32,000 nucleotides of DNA from Wallemia ichthyophaga EXF-994 (lineage: Eukaryota > Fungi > Basidiomycota), in the NCBI RefSeq assembly GCF_000400465.1, contig NW_008806277.1, positions 60,001 through 92,000 on the forward strand, written 5' to 3'. The notes beneath the pieces were generated by a model. It saw nothing but the letters and a program-made list of their open reading frames with translations, had not been told where the DNA came from and ran no database searches. Made by a program: the position numbers and the translations under genes. Positions 12,050 through 21,388 of this stretch are shown piece by piece (the stretch's first letter is position 1; every line of letters starts with the position of its first letter).

Positions 12050-13060
12050 TTATGCATTGCGGTGGAAATCAATAACCTGGTTGACTTCATGCTTCGAGCC
12101 CAAGAAGACAGGCACTCTCTCGTGGATAGAAGTAGGCTTGATGTCCAAGATGCGTTGTGTGCCAGTAGTGGCAATACCACCGGCTTGTTCGATGAGCATG
12201 GCCATTGGGAAACCCTCGTAGAGAATACGCAGCTTACCATCCTTGGTCTTCTTGTCGCCTGGGTAACCAAAGATACCACCGTAAAGAAGTGTTCTATGGA
12301 CATCAGCAACCATAGAACCAATGTATCTGGCGCTGTAAGGTTTGCTACCGTCTGCAGGGTTCTTGATAGAGTCAAGGTATTTGTTTACAGGTTCATGGAA
12401 GAACTTGCTGTTACCTTCATTGAAAGAGTAAATAGAGCCCTTTTCAGGAAGGGTGATGTTTTCGTGGGTGAGGATGAATTCACCGAGGGCAGGGTCAAGG
12501 GTGTAGCCATTAACGCCAGAGCCGGTGGTGATGACGAGGTTGGTGGAGGCACCATACATGGTATAACCGGCGGCAACCATATCAGAGCCCCTCTGCAGGG
12601 CGTCTTCTATGTCGCCCTTTGAGCCATCCCTGACCTTGTAGATACCGAAGATGGTACCAACGTTAACACCGGCGTCAATGTTGGAAGAACCATCGAGAGG
12701 ATCGAAAGTGACGCAGTACTTGCCCCTCTTTCCATCCTCAATGAAGACAGGATCGTCGAGTTCCTCAGAGACGAGGACAGCAGTCTTACCAGAAGCCCTG
12801 AGAGAGTTGATCATGATTTCGTTGGACAGGACATCGAGTTTCTTCTGGTCCTCGCCCTGGACGTTGGTCTCACCAGCCAAACCAACGAGGTTGATAAGCC
12901 TGGCTTTACGGACGTTGTTCGCGATGAACTTTGACGTCAGCGTGACTGAGGTGAGGAGAAGAGAAAGATCGCCAGACGCTTCAGGCGAGTTGTGCTGGTC
13001 TTCCAAGATATGGCGGGAGACAGTCTGTAAGTTTGTGTTTGAATTTGGACCTTCTGACAT
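12050..13060 (-). CDS. FBP1: Fructose-1,6-bisphosphatase class I, 336 aa, single exon
   Basis: NVQGEDQKKLDVLSN, VSEE, FDPLDGSSNIDAGVNVGTIF, YSARYIGSMVADVHRTLLYGGIF, GKLRILYEGFPMA. Confidence 0.98.
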   Translation of the reverse strand: MSEGPNSNTNLQTVSRHILEDQHNSPEASGDLSLLLTSVTLTSKFIANNVRKARLINLVGLAGETNVQGEDQKKLDVLSNEIMINSLRASGKTAVLVSEELDDPVFIEDGKRGKYCVTFDPLDGSSNIDAGVNVGTIFGIYKVRDGSKGDIEDALQRGSDMVAAGYTMYGASTNLVITTGSGVNGYTLDPALGEFILTHENITLPEKGSIYSFNEGNSKFFHEPVNKYLDSIKNPADGSKPYSARYIGSMVADVHRTLLYGGIFGYPGDKKTKDGKLRILYEGFPMAMLIEQAGGIATTGTQRILDIKPTSIHERVPVFLGSKHEVNQVIDFHRNA

Positions 13061-13255
13061 GGCTGTATGGTTGAAAGAAGATGGAGCCGGCGGAGGGCTA
13101 GCGTGTGGATAGATTCGATGAGGTCATTGGATTTTGGTGGGTGGGTTATTGAGCGGTGAGTGCGCGTAAAGTCTGTGCCTCTAATGCTGGCGCTTGATCT
13201 AGTGTGTTACTCACACCTGCGTGGTTACATCACTTTACAAATGGATAAATGAATT

Positions 13256-13261
13256 GCGGGG
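13256..13261 (+). promoter_or_regulatory. Candidate Mig1/CreA carbon-catabolite repressor site upstream of FBP1
   Basis: GCGGGG (SYGGRG consensus) preceded by AT-rich ATAAATGAATT, about 195 nt upstream of the FBP1 ATG. A short motif, so a chance match is possible. Confidence 0.35.
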
Positions 13262-13562
13262 GTAGTTTTGCATATATCCACCGGTACACCACACAATTTA
13301 CAAATTTATGCAATTCCACTGCCACTGCTGTGCGATGTATAGTGCGTAGTATAGCATTCCCGGGACATTCCAATGAGCACGCAAGTGGGCTGCACTGTGG
13401 GCAATCTATTGGGCCATCCAACGACAAAATACCATCGTGATTATCCTACTGCTCGCTCACAAAACTCAAATTAATTCCGGCGAAACATCCTAAATCTGAA
13501 ATCCTCCGAATCATCGCACTTCTAAATTTCTAAAGCCATCACAACGCAGCAAATCGCAAATA

Positions 13563-14276
13563 ATGAACTGGGTCGGAATACTAAAGAAGATATTCAAGAT
13601 ATGCGTGAAGGAGATAGAGAAGCATCAGGAGCAGCAGAGTGAGCCAACTCCAGCACCCTCGCAGAAACCAACGGGAGAATACATACCGCCCAAGGAATCG
13701 CTCGGAGAGAAGCGGATTAACGGTCAAGCAGCAGAGCAGTACTGGATGTCTCAGCCCGAGTACACGGAACTCCGCGACCGCGCCAACGCAGAAGGCGACA
13801 AGATGGGCAGGTGTTTCGACGCAGCCAGCAGTGCATACACCAGTGGTGACGGCGGTAGAGCTAAAGAGCTTAGCAACGAGGGCAAGGAGCATAAGAAGGA
13901 GCGCAGTCGCATTAACAAACAAGCCGCAGATTGGATCTTCGAGAAAAACAACCTCGATAACCGCCGCGATGAGGTCGATCTGCATGGCTTGTATGTTAAA
14001 GAGGCCATGGGGAAGGTGGAGGAAGCCATCGCCAATGCTCGCGTTTCTAATATCAACCCGCTCAAAGTCGTCGTCGGGCGCGGCACCCACTCTAAAAATC
14101 ATGTCTCAAAGATGAAGCCGGCGATTGAAGGTATGATGCGCAAAGAGAATCTGAGATGCAGAGTAGATCCAACCAACGCTGGCCAGCTGCTCGTATATCT
14201 CGATGGTCAGGGTGATGGAACGGATAATGCTGAGGACGTTGCCAAGGACACGGAGGATGCTTGTGTTATTATGTGA
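13563..14276 (+). CDS. DUF1771 + Smr domain protein (putative endonuclease), 237 aa, C-terminal CaaX motif CVIM
   Basis: DUF1771-like helical segment (ELRDRANAEGDKMGRCFDAASSAYTSGDGGRAKELSNEGKEH...AADWIF) followed by Smr motifs EVDLHGLYVKEA and VVVGRGTHS. Ends TGT GTT ATT ATG TGA. Confidence 0.92.
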   Translation: MNWVGILKKIFKICVKEIEKHQEQQSEPTPAPSQKPTGEYIPPKESLGEKRINGQAAEQYWMSQPEYTELRDRANAEGDKMGRCFDAASSAYTSGDGGRAKELSNEGKEHKKERSRINKQAADWIFEKNNLDNRRDEVDLHGLYVKEAMGKVEEAIANARVSNINPLKVVVGRGTHSKNHVSKMKPAIEGMMRKENLRCRVDPTNAGQLLVYLDGQGDGTDNAEDVAKDTEDACVIM

Positions 14277-14300
14277 TGTACACACCTATGTAATGTTATT

Positions 14301-15173
14301 CTACCTGCTATAGAAATTAATAACACCATCACTCCCACTGCTAACCATTTCCTCGCGTGTGGGGTGGTGGTCGACGTAAAGCACCGCCTTCTCGTGTGAC
14401 TTGTGCTGTGATACTATTCTACTCTCCAGCATATCCCATACGAGTAGTCTGCCATCCTCGCTGGTGCTGATGACAGACGAGTCACCAAGCCCGAAAGTAG
14501 AAACCGCTTTGAACTTCTCAGCGGCGTGACCGGAGAACGTAGCGAGGAGTTCTCCCGTCGCCGTATCTAGCAACCGCACTTTATTATCCAGCGTAGAGAC
14601 GAGGATGGCGGAGTTATCCGATGTAGGTTTAACAGAAGTGACGGCGTGATCGAGGTAATCCTGACGGAGCTGTCCAGCTCTAAGATCGTAAGTGCGCACA
14701 AAGCCATCTACGCTAGCAGAGTAAACGATGGAGCCACTGACACACACATCCACCACGCTATCCGAAGCATCGTCAAGTATCTGCAGAGGGAGACGCTGTC
14801 TAGCACGCATATCCCATATGCGCACCGTAGAGTCAAACGAGCCAGACAGTAGCACTGAGGCATCGCCGTTGAATGCCACCGTGTTCACTTTGCTGTCGTG
14901 TCCAACGCACCTGCGTACTGTCGCGCCCGCTTGCACATCCCATACAAATACACTCTTGTCTCCCCCGCAGCTGGCGAAATGGGTGTTGTCGGGCGTTATG
15001 CTCAACCCAAGCACCTCGTAGCCGTGCCCGTTGTACGCCTTCACTTGGCTCGCCGTGTGCGGATTCCATAGTCGTATACTGCGATCTCGCCCTCCACTTA
15101 GGCAATACCGCCCCGCATTGTTGTTGAACTTTACTACATTCACGGGCCCGCTGTGGCCGAGAAGTTGCGTCAT
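14301..15173 (-). CDS. WDR83: WD40-repeat protein of WDR83/MORG1 type, 290 aa
   Basis: Seven WD-like repeats. GHSGPVNVVKFN...YCLSGGRDRSIRLWNP, GHGYEV, FASCGGDKSVFVWDV and RTYDLRAGQL are typical of MORG1. Confidence 0.85.
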   Translation of the reverse strand: MTQLLGHSGPVNVVKFNNNAGRYCLSGGRDRSIRLWNPHTASQVKAYNGHGYEVLGLSITPDNTHFASCGGDKSVFVWDVQAGATVRRCVGHDSKVNTVAFNGDASVLLSGSFDSTVRIWDMRARQRLPLQILDDASDSVVDVCVSGSIVYSASVDGFVRTYDLRAGQLRQDYLDHAVTSVKPTSDNSAILVSTLDNKVRLLDTATGELLATFSGHAAEKFKAVSTFGLGDSSVISTSEDGRLLVWDMLESRIVSQHKSHEKAVLYVDHHPTREEMVSSGSDGVINFYSR

Positions 15174-15372
15174 GGTTGTTCGGTTTAGATTACAGTGTGT
15201 ATCGTATAAGTTATTAAATACAAATGATTAAAGTATAATTACCTGCTTATACTCCGCTATGTAGTGTAGGTATGAGTTTACTAGAAATTGAAATGAGCGT
15301 GGTGTTTGTGGGGTTGCTGCTTCTGTGCGTATGAGCAGCTATGAATACATAAATGAGCGCGTTTGTTTGTGT

Positions 15373-16485
15373 CTATCTAACTATCTCCTGCGCTGATCCC
15401 TTCCTCCTAATCAGTTTATTGAATATTCTGTTGTTGTAAAAATGTGAAGATTTTGTGATCTTACTCGCGACTGCTGGGTGTTTCAATTCGAGTGGTGTCT
15501 CTGGTGGACTAGCTAGGGCCATCAATGAAGGTATGTTCTGTGTCTGGAGTGGGTGATGTGGGTGATTAGAGTGAGTGTGGTAAGAGTGCTGTTGCTGCTG
15601 CGAGTGATATGTTTGCTGTTGATTCAGCGGACTAAGTGAGATATTCCCGCGTGGACGAAGCGTTGGCTGTGATCTTTGTTGACGAAGTTGGTGGTGTTTG
15701 CGTATTGCCGATGGGGATGGGTACGCGGGGATATTGTGTAAGTTGTGGTAGAACATAGGTGGTGGCTGTAGTGGCTGGTATTGCTGATATGGAAGCATCA
15801 TCTGTGCAGGCATCTGTGGCATTTGCGAGATGGGAGAGATGGGAGCCATTCCAGCCATTCCAGCCATGTTTACTGGAGGCGCCCTAATTAACGGACCAAA
15901 CTCCCTGACAATGTCTTGATGAGTTATATTCAATTCAAAATTCAAAAAGGACAGCAGCTGCCTCTCCATCAAGTTAACCTCTGCCACACTAAACAACCTA
16001 GCGTGTCTAGCCCAGTGCTTGTTCTTAGGGCTGCTGTCATTAAGAAATTTTGAAGCGACTATCAAAGCAGCCAAGAATACTCTATGTCTGGTGCAAGACA
16101 TGCCTTTAGCAACGGGTGGAAGCTTGAGCCTAAGTCTATCCAAGTAAACGAGGGTAGAAATGAGAGTTGGAACTTGGACATTTGATTGGTCAACCAGAGT
16201 TGCGATAAAGCATTCCAAACTGGGCAAGGTAGATGATTGAGCGAGTAAATCATCTGTCAAAGACAAATTGGGCAATTCAGCAGCATCTTTTGTTGGCGTA
16301 GCAGGTGGTGTGAGTACTGATTCATATCCATTCTTCCCCCCAGCCGATAACAAGCTATCCGTTGTCTTCTTTGCGAGGTAGGTGATCATTGAGGGCGTAA
16401 CGGGTGAGTAAACAAATTCCAATAACTCCTTTTCATGCTTAAAGAAGCTTAATTGACTAAACGGGCACTTCCTATCAATCTTCAT
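15373..16485 (-). CDS. Pho85-type G1 cyclin (Pcl1/Pcl2 family) with Q/H/P-rich tail, 370 aa
   Basis: [83 protein letters not shown]. Confidence 0.93.
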   Translation of the reverse strand: MKIDRKCPFSQLSFFKHEKELLEFVYSPVTPSMITYLAKKTTDSLLSAGGKNGYESVLTPPATPTKDAAELPNLSLTDDLLAQSSTLPSLECFIATLVDQSNVQVPTLISTLVYLDRLRLKLPPVAKGMSCTRHRVFLAALIVASKFLNDSSPKNKHWARHARLFSVAEVNLMERQLLSFLNFELNITHQDIVREFGPLIRAPPVNMAGMAGMAPISPISQMPQMPAQMMLPYQQYQPLQPPPMFYHNLHNIPAYPSPSAIRKHHQLRQQRSQPTLRPRGNISLSPLNQQQTYHSQQQQHSYHTHSNHPHHPLQTQNIPSLMALASPPETPLELKHPAVASKITKSSHFYNNRIFNKLIRRKGSAQEIVR

Positions 16486-16755
16486 TGTTACGTTCCAACT
16501 TTTTCACTTATTCTCAATAAGGAAGGTCTTTCACTTTGAGCTTGTGGACGTTCTCAACTAAGAAATATTTCATCTTCTCATTTTATATTCCATTTGTACC
16601 TTATGATTGATTTGTTGACATGCTTTCAACCTGCTTCGCCGTCAACTTTATTAAGACCTAGGGTTGGCAAAAATTTTTATTTTCTTGTGTCTTTTGAGAT
16701 GAGGAGGGGGCATATCCGTAGGGAGCTTGAGCATCCCTTTCAAACCACCTTTCAA

Positions 16756-16761
16756 ACGCGT
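16756..16761. promoter_or_regulatory. Candidate MCB element (ACGCGT) upstream of the Pcl cyclin gene
   Basis: AAACGCGTAAAA, about 270 nt upstream of the cyclin ATG in the divergent intergenic region. Single copy. Confidence 0.3.
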
Positions 16762-17212
16762 AAAATTCTAACTTTTCGTCGAGATATGCACGTCATTGCG
16801 TAATAGTAAACAAGGGCGGGAAAGGCGAGAATACATGCAAGCAATACATCTAGTACAAGCACTGCACTCCCGCACAAAACCCACCCTCTATCCTCACAAA
16901 TCAGTCAAATACCTCAATTTACGTCACCAAATGTCTAATTCATATCTCATCGGGCTCAATTTCATAAAACAGCTGTCAGATCTATTTTGTCTTTTTGGGT
17001 GAAATATGAATATTTTCAGCCTTTTCCGCTCATTTGGCTACAAATTCTGACGTCTTGAACCGGCCAACGTATAGTCCGCAGGGAGGGGCAGCAGACAGCG
17101 CGTAGACTACAATATATTAGTATATCGCACACAAACACACAATATATCACATTGGACAGCGACAACACGCAGCACAGCTCATCACAGCACACACCCCAAT
17201 GCACCCAACCCC

Positions 17213-17905
17213 ATGCCCAATATCAGCGTAAGAGAACGAATAAGCGCTTTGGAGCAGCAGCACCGGCCGAGCACAAGCGAAGGCGTCGCCGATGCCCATC
17301 GAAGGATATCCAGCAATTCCACAAGCATGAATGTGAAGCAGCGCGCGAGTTATTTCCAGGGCGAGGAGAGTAGAAGTAGGAGTAGGAGTAGCGGCAGCGA
17401 CAGTGCTGGTGGTACTAGCAATGACACCACGAGCAGCAACACGGGCAACGCATCCACTCCACCCTCCACCAATCCACCTTCCTCTCCCCGCATCGACAGC
17501 AGCAGCGTGCAGGTGGAGAGTGGCAGTGTGGGCAGCGCCGATAACAGCATACATACACCTACTCCCGCCTCACCCGCTTTCACAGCCACCACTGACGTCC
17601 ATTATCAGGTCCCTGAGCTCGTCGAAACGGACTTGGAACACAACCAGGAAATAATCCAGCTGCTGAGAAACGACAAACAGCTGTCTTTTGCACATGAGAC
17701 TCAGACACATGCACACCCTCAGTCTCGTACGGACGTTCTTCAGGCTACACACGACCTAGCAAACCTCAGTACATCCTTCGACGGTGAAGTTGGTGAGCTG
17801 GACGGCGTTCTTGATGCGGATAGCAGTATTAGCAGTGCTAGCAATCGTGATAGTGAACTGGAAGCAGATACTGAGGCTGGCTGGGTGACAGTCATCACAA
17901 CATAA
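17213..17905 (+). CDS. Hypothetical Ser/Thr-rich disordered protein, 230 aa
   Basis: ATG-started 693-nt ORF in an otherwise unoccupied region, with low-complexity S/T/P and acidic composition. No catalytic domain recognised. Confidence 0.7.
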   Translation: MPNISVRERISALEQQHRPSTSEGVADAHRRISSNSTSMNVKQRASYFQGEESRSRSRSSGSDSAGGTSNDTTSSNTGNASTPPSTNPPSSPRIDSSSVQVESGSVGSADNSIHTPTPASPAFTATTDVHYQVPELVETDLEHNQEIIQLLRNDKQLSFAHETQTHAHPQSRTDVLQATHDLANLSTSFDGEVGELDGVLDADSSISSASNRDSELEADTEAGWVTVITT

Positions 17906-18078
17906 CCATGACTGAATATGTCTTATTATATGGATACCTAGTCAAAATAATACACGCAGTTTATCAGTAGAATCAGTAGACAGCAGGTAGCTTGAAGTAC
18001 CTATTATAATCCATTTTCCTATTTTGTTTCTAGTTTCATTTGAATTCTAATTTGAGTTCCCATTGGCCTTCACTCCAC

Positions 18079-19685
18079 CTAATCACTCACCATCTGTGGG
18101 TTGGATTCGCGGGTGATAGTGAGTATATGATCGCCAATAGCACGTGCATCGAATCCTGCCTCACAGTAAGTAAAGTAGTAAACCCACTTGCGTCTAAACA
18201 CCTCGATCGCCTCATCCGACAATCCTTTATGTTCGAGTGCGAGATGATGGCGAATTTGTGTATCGAACGACGCCTCGAAAGCCCTGCGCCAATCGCGAAG
18301 AGTGCGAGAGTAATGAGGGCCTATCTGCACAACATTATCGACCACCAGCTTTCCTTTGGTGCCCTCCAAGAGTGTATCAAAGAGGGCTGTGAGACTAGGC
18401 AGAACGCCACCCGGGAAAATATACTTGCGAATGAAATCGACATTCTTAACGTAAGCCCCGAAACGACCTTCGGGGATGGTAATAGCCTGGATGACGGCGA
18501 TGCCGTTGTCATTGAGTGCCCAATCAAGGCAATCGAAGTAACGGGCCAGGTACTCTATACCCACAGCTTCGATCATTTCAATCGATACGACACGGTCGAA
18601 ATTTGCGTGCCAACTCTGTGGCATGTTTCTATAATCGCAGAGATGCACCCTGATGCGATTACTCAGTCCAGCATCACTGATACGTTGCTCGGCGAGCTCT
18701 TTCTGCGCTGTGCTCAGAGTGAGTGTGTCGACTATTAGACTCGGGTAAAGCTTGCACGCCTCGATCGCAAACGATCCCCACCCACTGCCTATTTCTAGCA
18801 AACGCATGTTGGGGAGAATGCTAGTTTTGTGTATGATTGTGTGCAGCTTTCGCAGCTGCGCAGCGTGCAGATCATCACCCTCATTCACTGCATCCCCATT
18901 AGCCAGTGTGCGGCCGTTGTTGTTTAGTTTCAGTTTGTGTGTTTTCTGTTTTTTCTTCGAGTTGCTGGTTGTGCTGCCGTTATTGGTGGTGCTACCGTTG
19001 CTGCCATTGCTCCCAGTAAGCGCCAACGCCACCTCCGTATCTGCCTTGGGATCCTCGTAGATACCGCAGCTGTATGTCATATCGGGGGAGAGGAAGCTGG
19101 TGAACATGTCGTTTGAGATATCGTAGTGAGCTGAGATATTGCGACGCGTGTTCGTTATGCTGTTTGCGAAACGCGTGTTGAGAGCATACGCCAGCCAGCT
19201 ATACAGATAAGAAGGCAGAGTCGACATTTCAGCGAGGTGCTTGCGGTTAGCTATGAAAATCTATAAAAGGCGCGGTAAGCACACATCGACGCGCCTCGCA
19301 ACCCACGACACACCTTGAAGACGGAAGTGAGATCATCGACGTCTATATCGCCGAACATGTACGCCTCGCTGAAACCAACATCGTTCATTAGGAGTAGACG
19401 CACCCAGAAAGCGTGATTCTTTACTGTGATGGTGGCTTGTGGCTGTTTGCCCGGTTCCCCCTTTCCAAATACCACAGCACCCTCATCACCGAGTACAACC
19501 AGCCTCCCAATCTCGATTCGCTGAAAGTACGACACAATCAACTGACGTGAAATCGCTGTCACTGGCCCAAACCCATAACCCAGAAATCCCTCTTTTACGC
19601 TGCCAAGTACCTTTTCTGCAGCTCGCAGCACACCACCGCTACCGACATTGCCACCGAAATCAATTTTTTCTCTCTCTACTCCCAC
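18079..19685 (-). CDS. Cyclopropane-fatty-acyl-phospholipid synthase (CFA/CMAS-type SAM methyltransferase), 517 aa; exons 19685-19314, 19260-18079
   Basis: NISAHYDISNDMF, DMTYSC, AQLRKL, LLEIGSGWGSFA, TLSTAQ, CDYR, FDRVVSIEMIEAVG, FIRKYIFPGG, GPHYSRTLRDWR, RKWVYYFTYCEAGF. A 53-nt intron (19261-19313) gives FK-IFIANR. Confidence 0.94.
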
Positions 19686-19875
19686 TGTACTTTCCCTGAA
19701 TCCACCACGTCAGCTTATCCGCGGCGCTATCTTTCCATTCTCACATAACGGTAGTGATCGCCGAGTTCCGAAAGGCAATGACCGCGCACGCATGACAAAA
19801 GCGGAGGTACATTTATATTTACATTTATAGTGTCATCATATTCATCGCAATCATCGTAATCTATATTATATACCT

Positions 19876-21323
19876 TTACAACAACGTCGAATGTGTTCTA
19901 TCGCGGCATGTCTTGAGAAACTTTATCAATGATGTCCCTCCTGTACCTTTGATATCCGTATCGCGCGATTCCGGGACATTTGCTGAATTTGAGTCTGATT
20001 CTTTCTCTGCCTTGCGCGACTGCGTCACAACATACAGCGTAGCTATCTTGATATGTTCACTACGCAACTTCTTCATCGATTCTATCGCACCATTGTACGC
20101 AGATTGCAGGTCAGCATTATGCGACGTACCCACGACATCCCGGCAGCTCGGTTCGACACATTTGAGGTGATTAAGGAACCGCCTGTGATAGTCAGGCATG
20201 TACGTCTGCATTCTGCGCATAAAAGTGTCGTCGAAATCAGCTTCGTCGTCTACAGGAGCATGATTTACCCCCAGGAAGGCATCTATAGCGTGAATTAGTG
20301 ATGATTGCCCTGCAGATGGTCCGCCGTAGTCTCTATACACCCCCAGCGGGTCGACGCCTTCGTAATGCCACTTGCCCTCGCCATTTGGTCCGTTGAACCA
20401 TCGCCTTATGCTCGTGTAGAACACTTCGGGACTGCATTCTGCACGCACTGCGACGAGTATCTCTGTAAGCACATTTATTTGAGCGGCTAGATCAGTCAAC
20501 TGCCTGCACATCCTGGGAAACGACACCTGCGGTGATACGTCTGCCATAAACGCTTCATCGAGACATTGAGACATCCTCTCCAAACATAATCTCCCCTCTA
20601 CTTCAATATGCGCCGAAGTTAAGTAGAAGTGTTCTTCATCGCGGGATTGAGTGAAAGTCAAGGGTGCTCGGAGATTTCCACGTCTAAGGCCCTTTGATTT
20701 GTCAATGTACTCCCAGTTCCACAGTACTGTGGAGGCGTAGGTGAGGATCGGAGGTAGACCGAGAGCCAGAGCGGTGGTATGCCAAGGAATCGCGATGGAG
20801 CGTGGTATGATCTGTGTCGATTGCGTAGTCTGCTTCTTGTGCGCTGGCTGCGAGTGAACGAAGAAATGAGCGAGGAACGACAGCACAGTGTATGCTCTTC
20901 GAACCGAGCGGATACCGTCGGAAAGGATAGTAGGGGGCTCGAGTACAGACATCTAATCGGCAACGACGTTAGAAATGCTTACGCAAAACTCACACCACTC
21001 ACGCCACAGATGGCATTACGCCATGTATTCGAAACCTCGTTGTTAGCACCGTCTAGAAGAAGAGGGAGATTTTGGGCAGAATCCAACGCTAACTCCCATA
21101 TATCATAGCACTCAGATAACCTCCTCAAAGGCTCTTCTGGTGGGAGAAACGCGGATCTGGGATCGACGTCGAAATCGGCAGCGGCAAGCGTGGAGCAGTC
21201 CAAGCTTCCGGAGTAGGTGAGCGAGCGCTGCGATAGGAAATGCTGATGAGGTAATTTTGTATTGGAATTCATTTTGGCGGAGAGCGCTTCTTGATCCGTG
21301 GCCATCATCAGCGATCTTGACAT
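19876..21323 (-). CDS. BNA2: Indoleamine 2,3-dioxygenase, 465 aa; exons 21323-21003, 20952-19876
   Basis: RRAYTVLSFLAHFFVH, LGLPPILTYASTVLWNW, DEEHFYLTSAHIE, GPSAGQSSLIHAID, YMPDYHRRFL, LRSEHIKIATLYV, GTGGTSLIKFLK. Intron 20953-21002 (50 nt). Confidence 0.94.
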
Positions 21324-21388
21324 CTTGAAAGAAGGAGATCAAGAGGGGAATTATATAAACAAACAAGTAAATTATAATACTAAAAAAA

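Noticed and set aside
12020-12052. Cryptic peroxisomal PTS1 by stop-codon read-through in FBP1 and other enzymes
   Set aside because: FBP1 ends TAA GTA CAA AGC ATA TAA, with no TGA-CTA context and no SKL-like end. Extensions checked for PAF-AH, GH5, CFA, IDO, WD40 and thioesterase also lack a PTS1.
12044-13112. 192-aa and 153-aa plus-strand ORFs antisense to FBP1
   Set aside because: Nested opposite a conserved enzyme gene with no independent coding features.
17885-17960. Possible extra intron extending the 17213 orphan
   Set aside because: The donor (GTGACA) is weak and splicing would add only a few residues; unsupported without RNA data.
18040-18738. 232-aa plus-strand ORF antisense to the CFA synthase
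   Set aside because: TTG start, no recognisable motifs, and fully nested opposite a conserved gene. Best explained as a shadow ORF.
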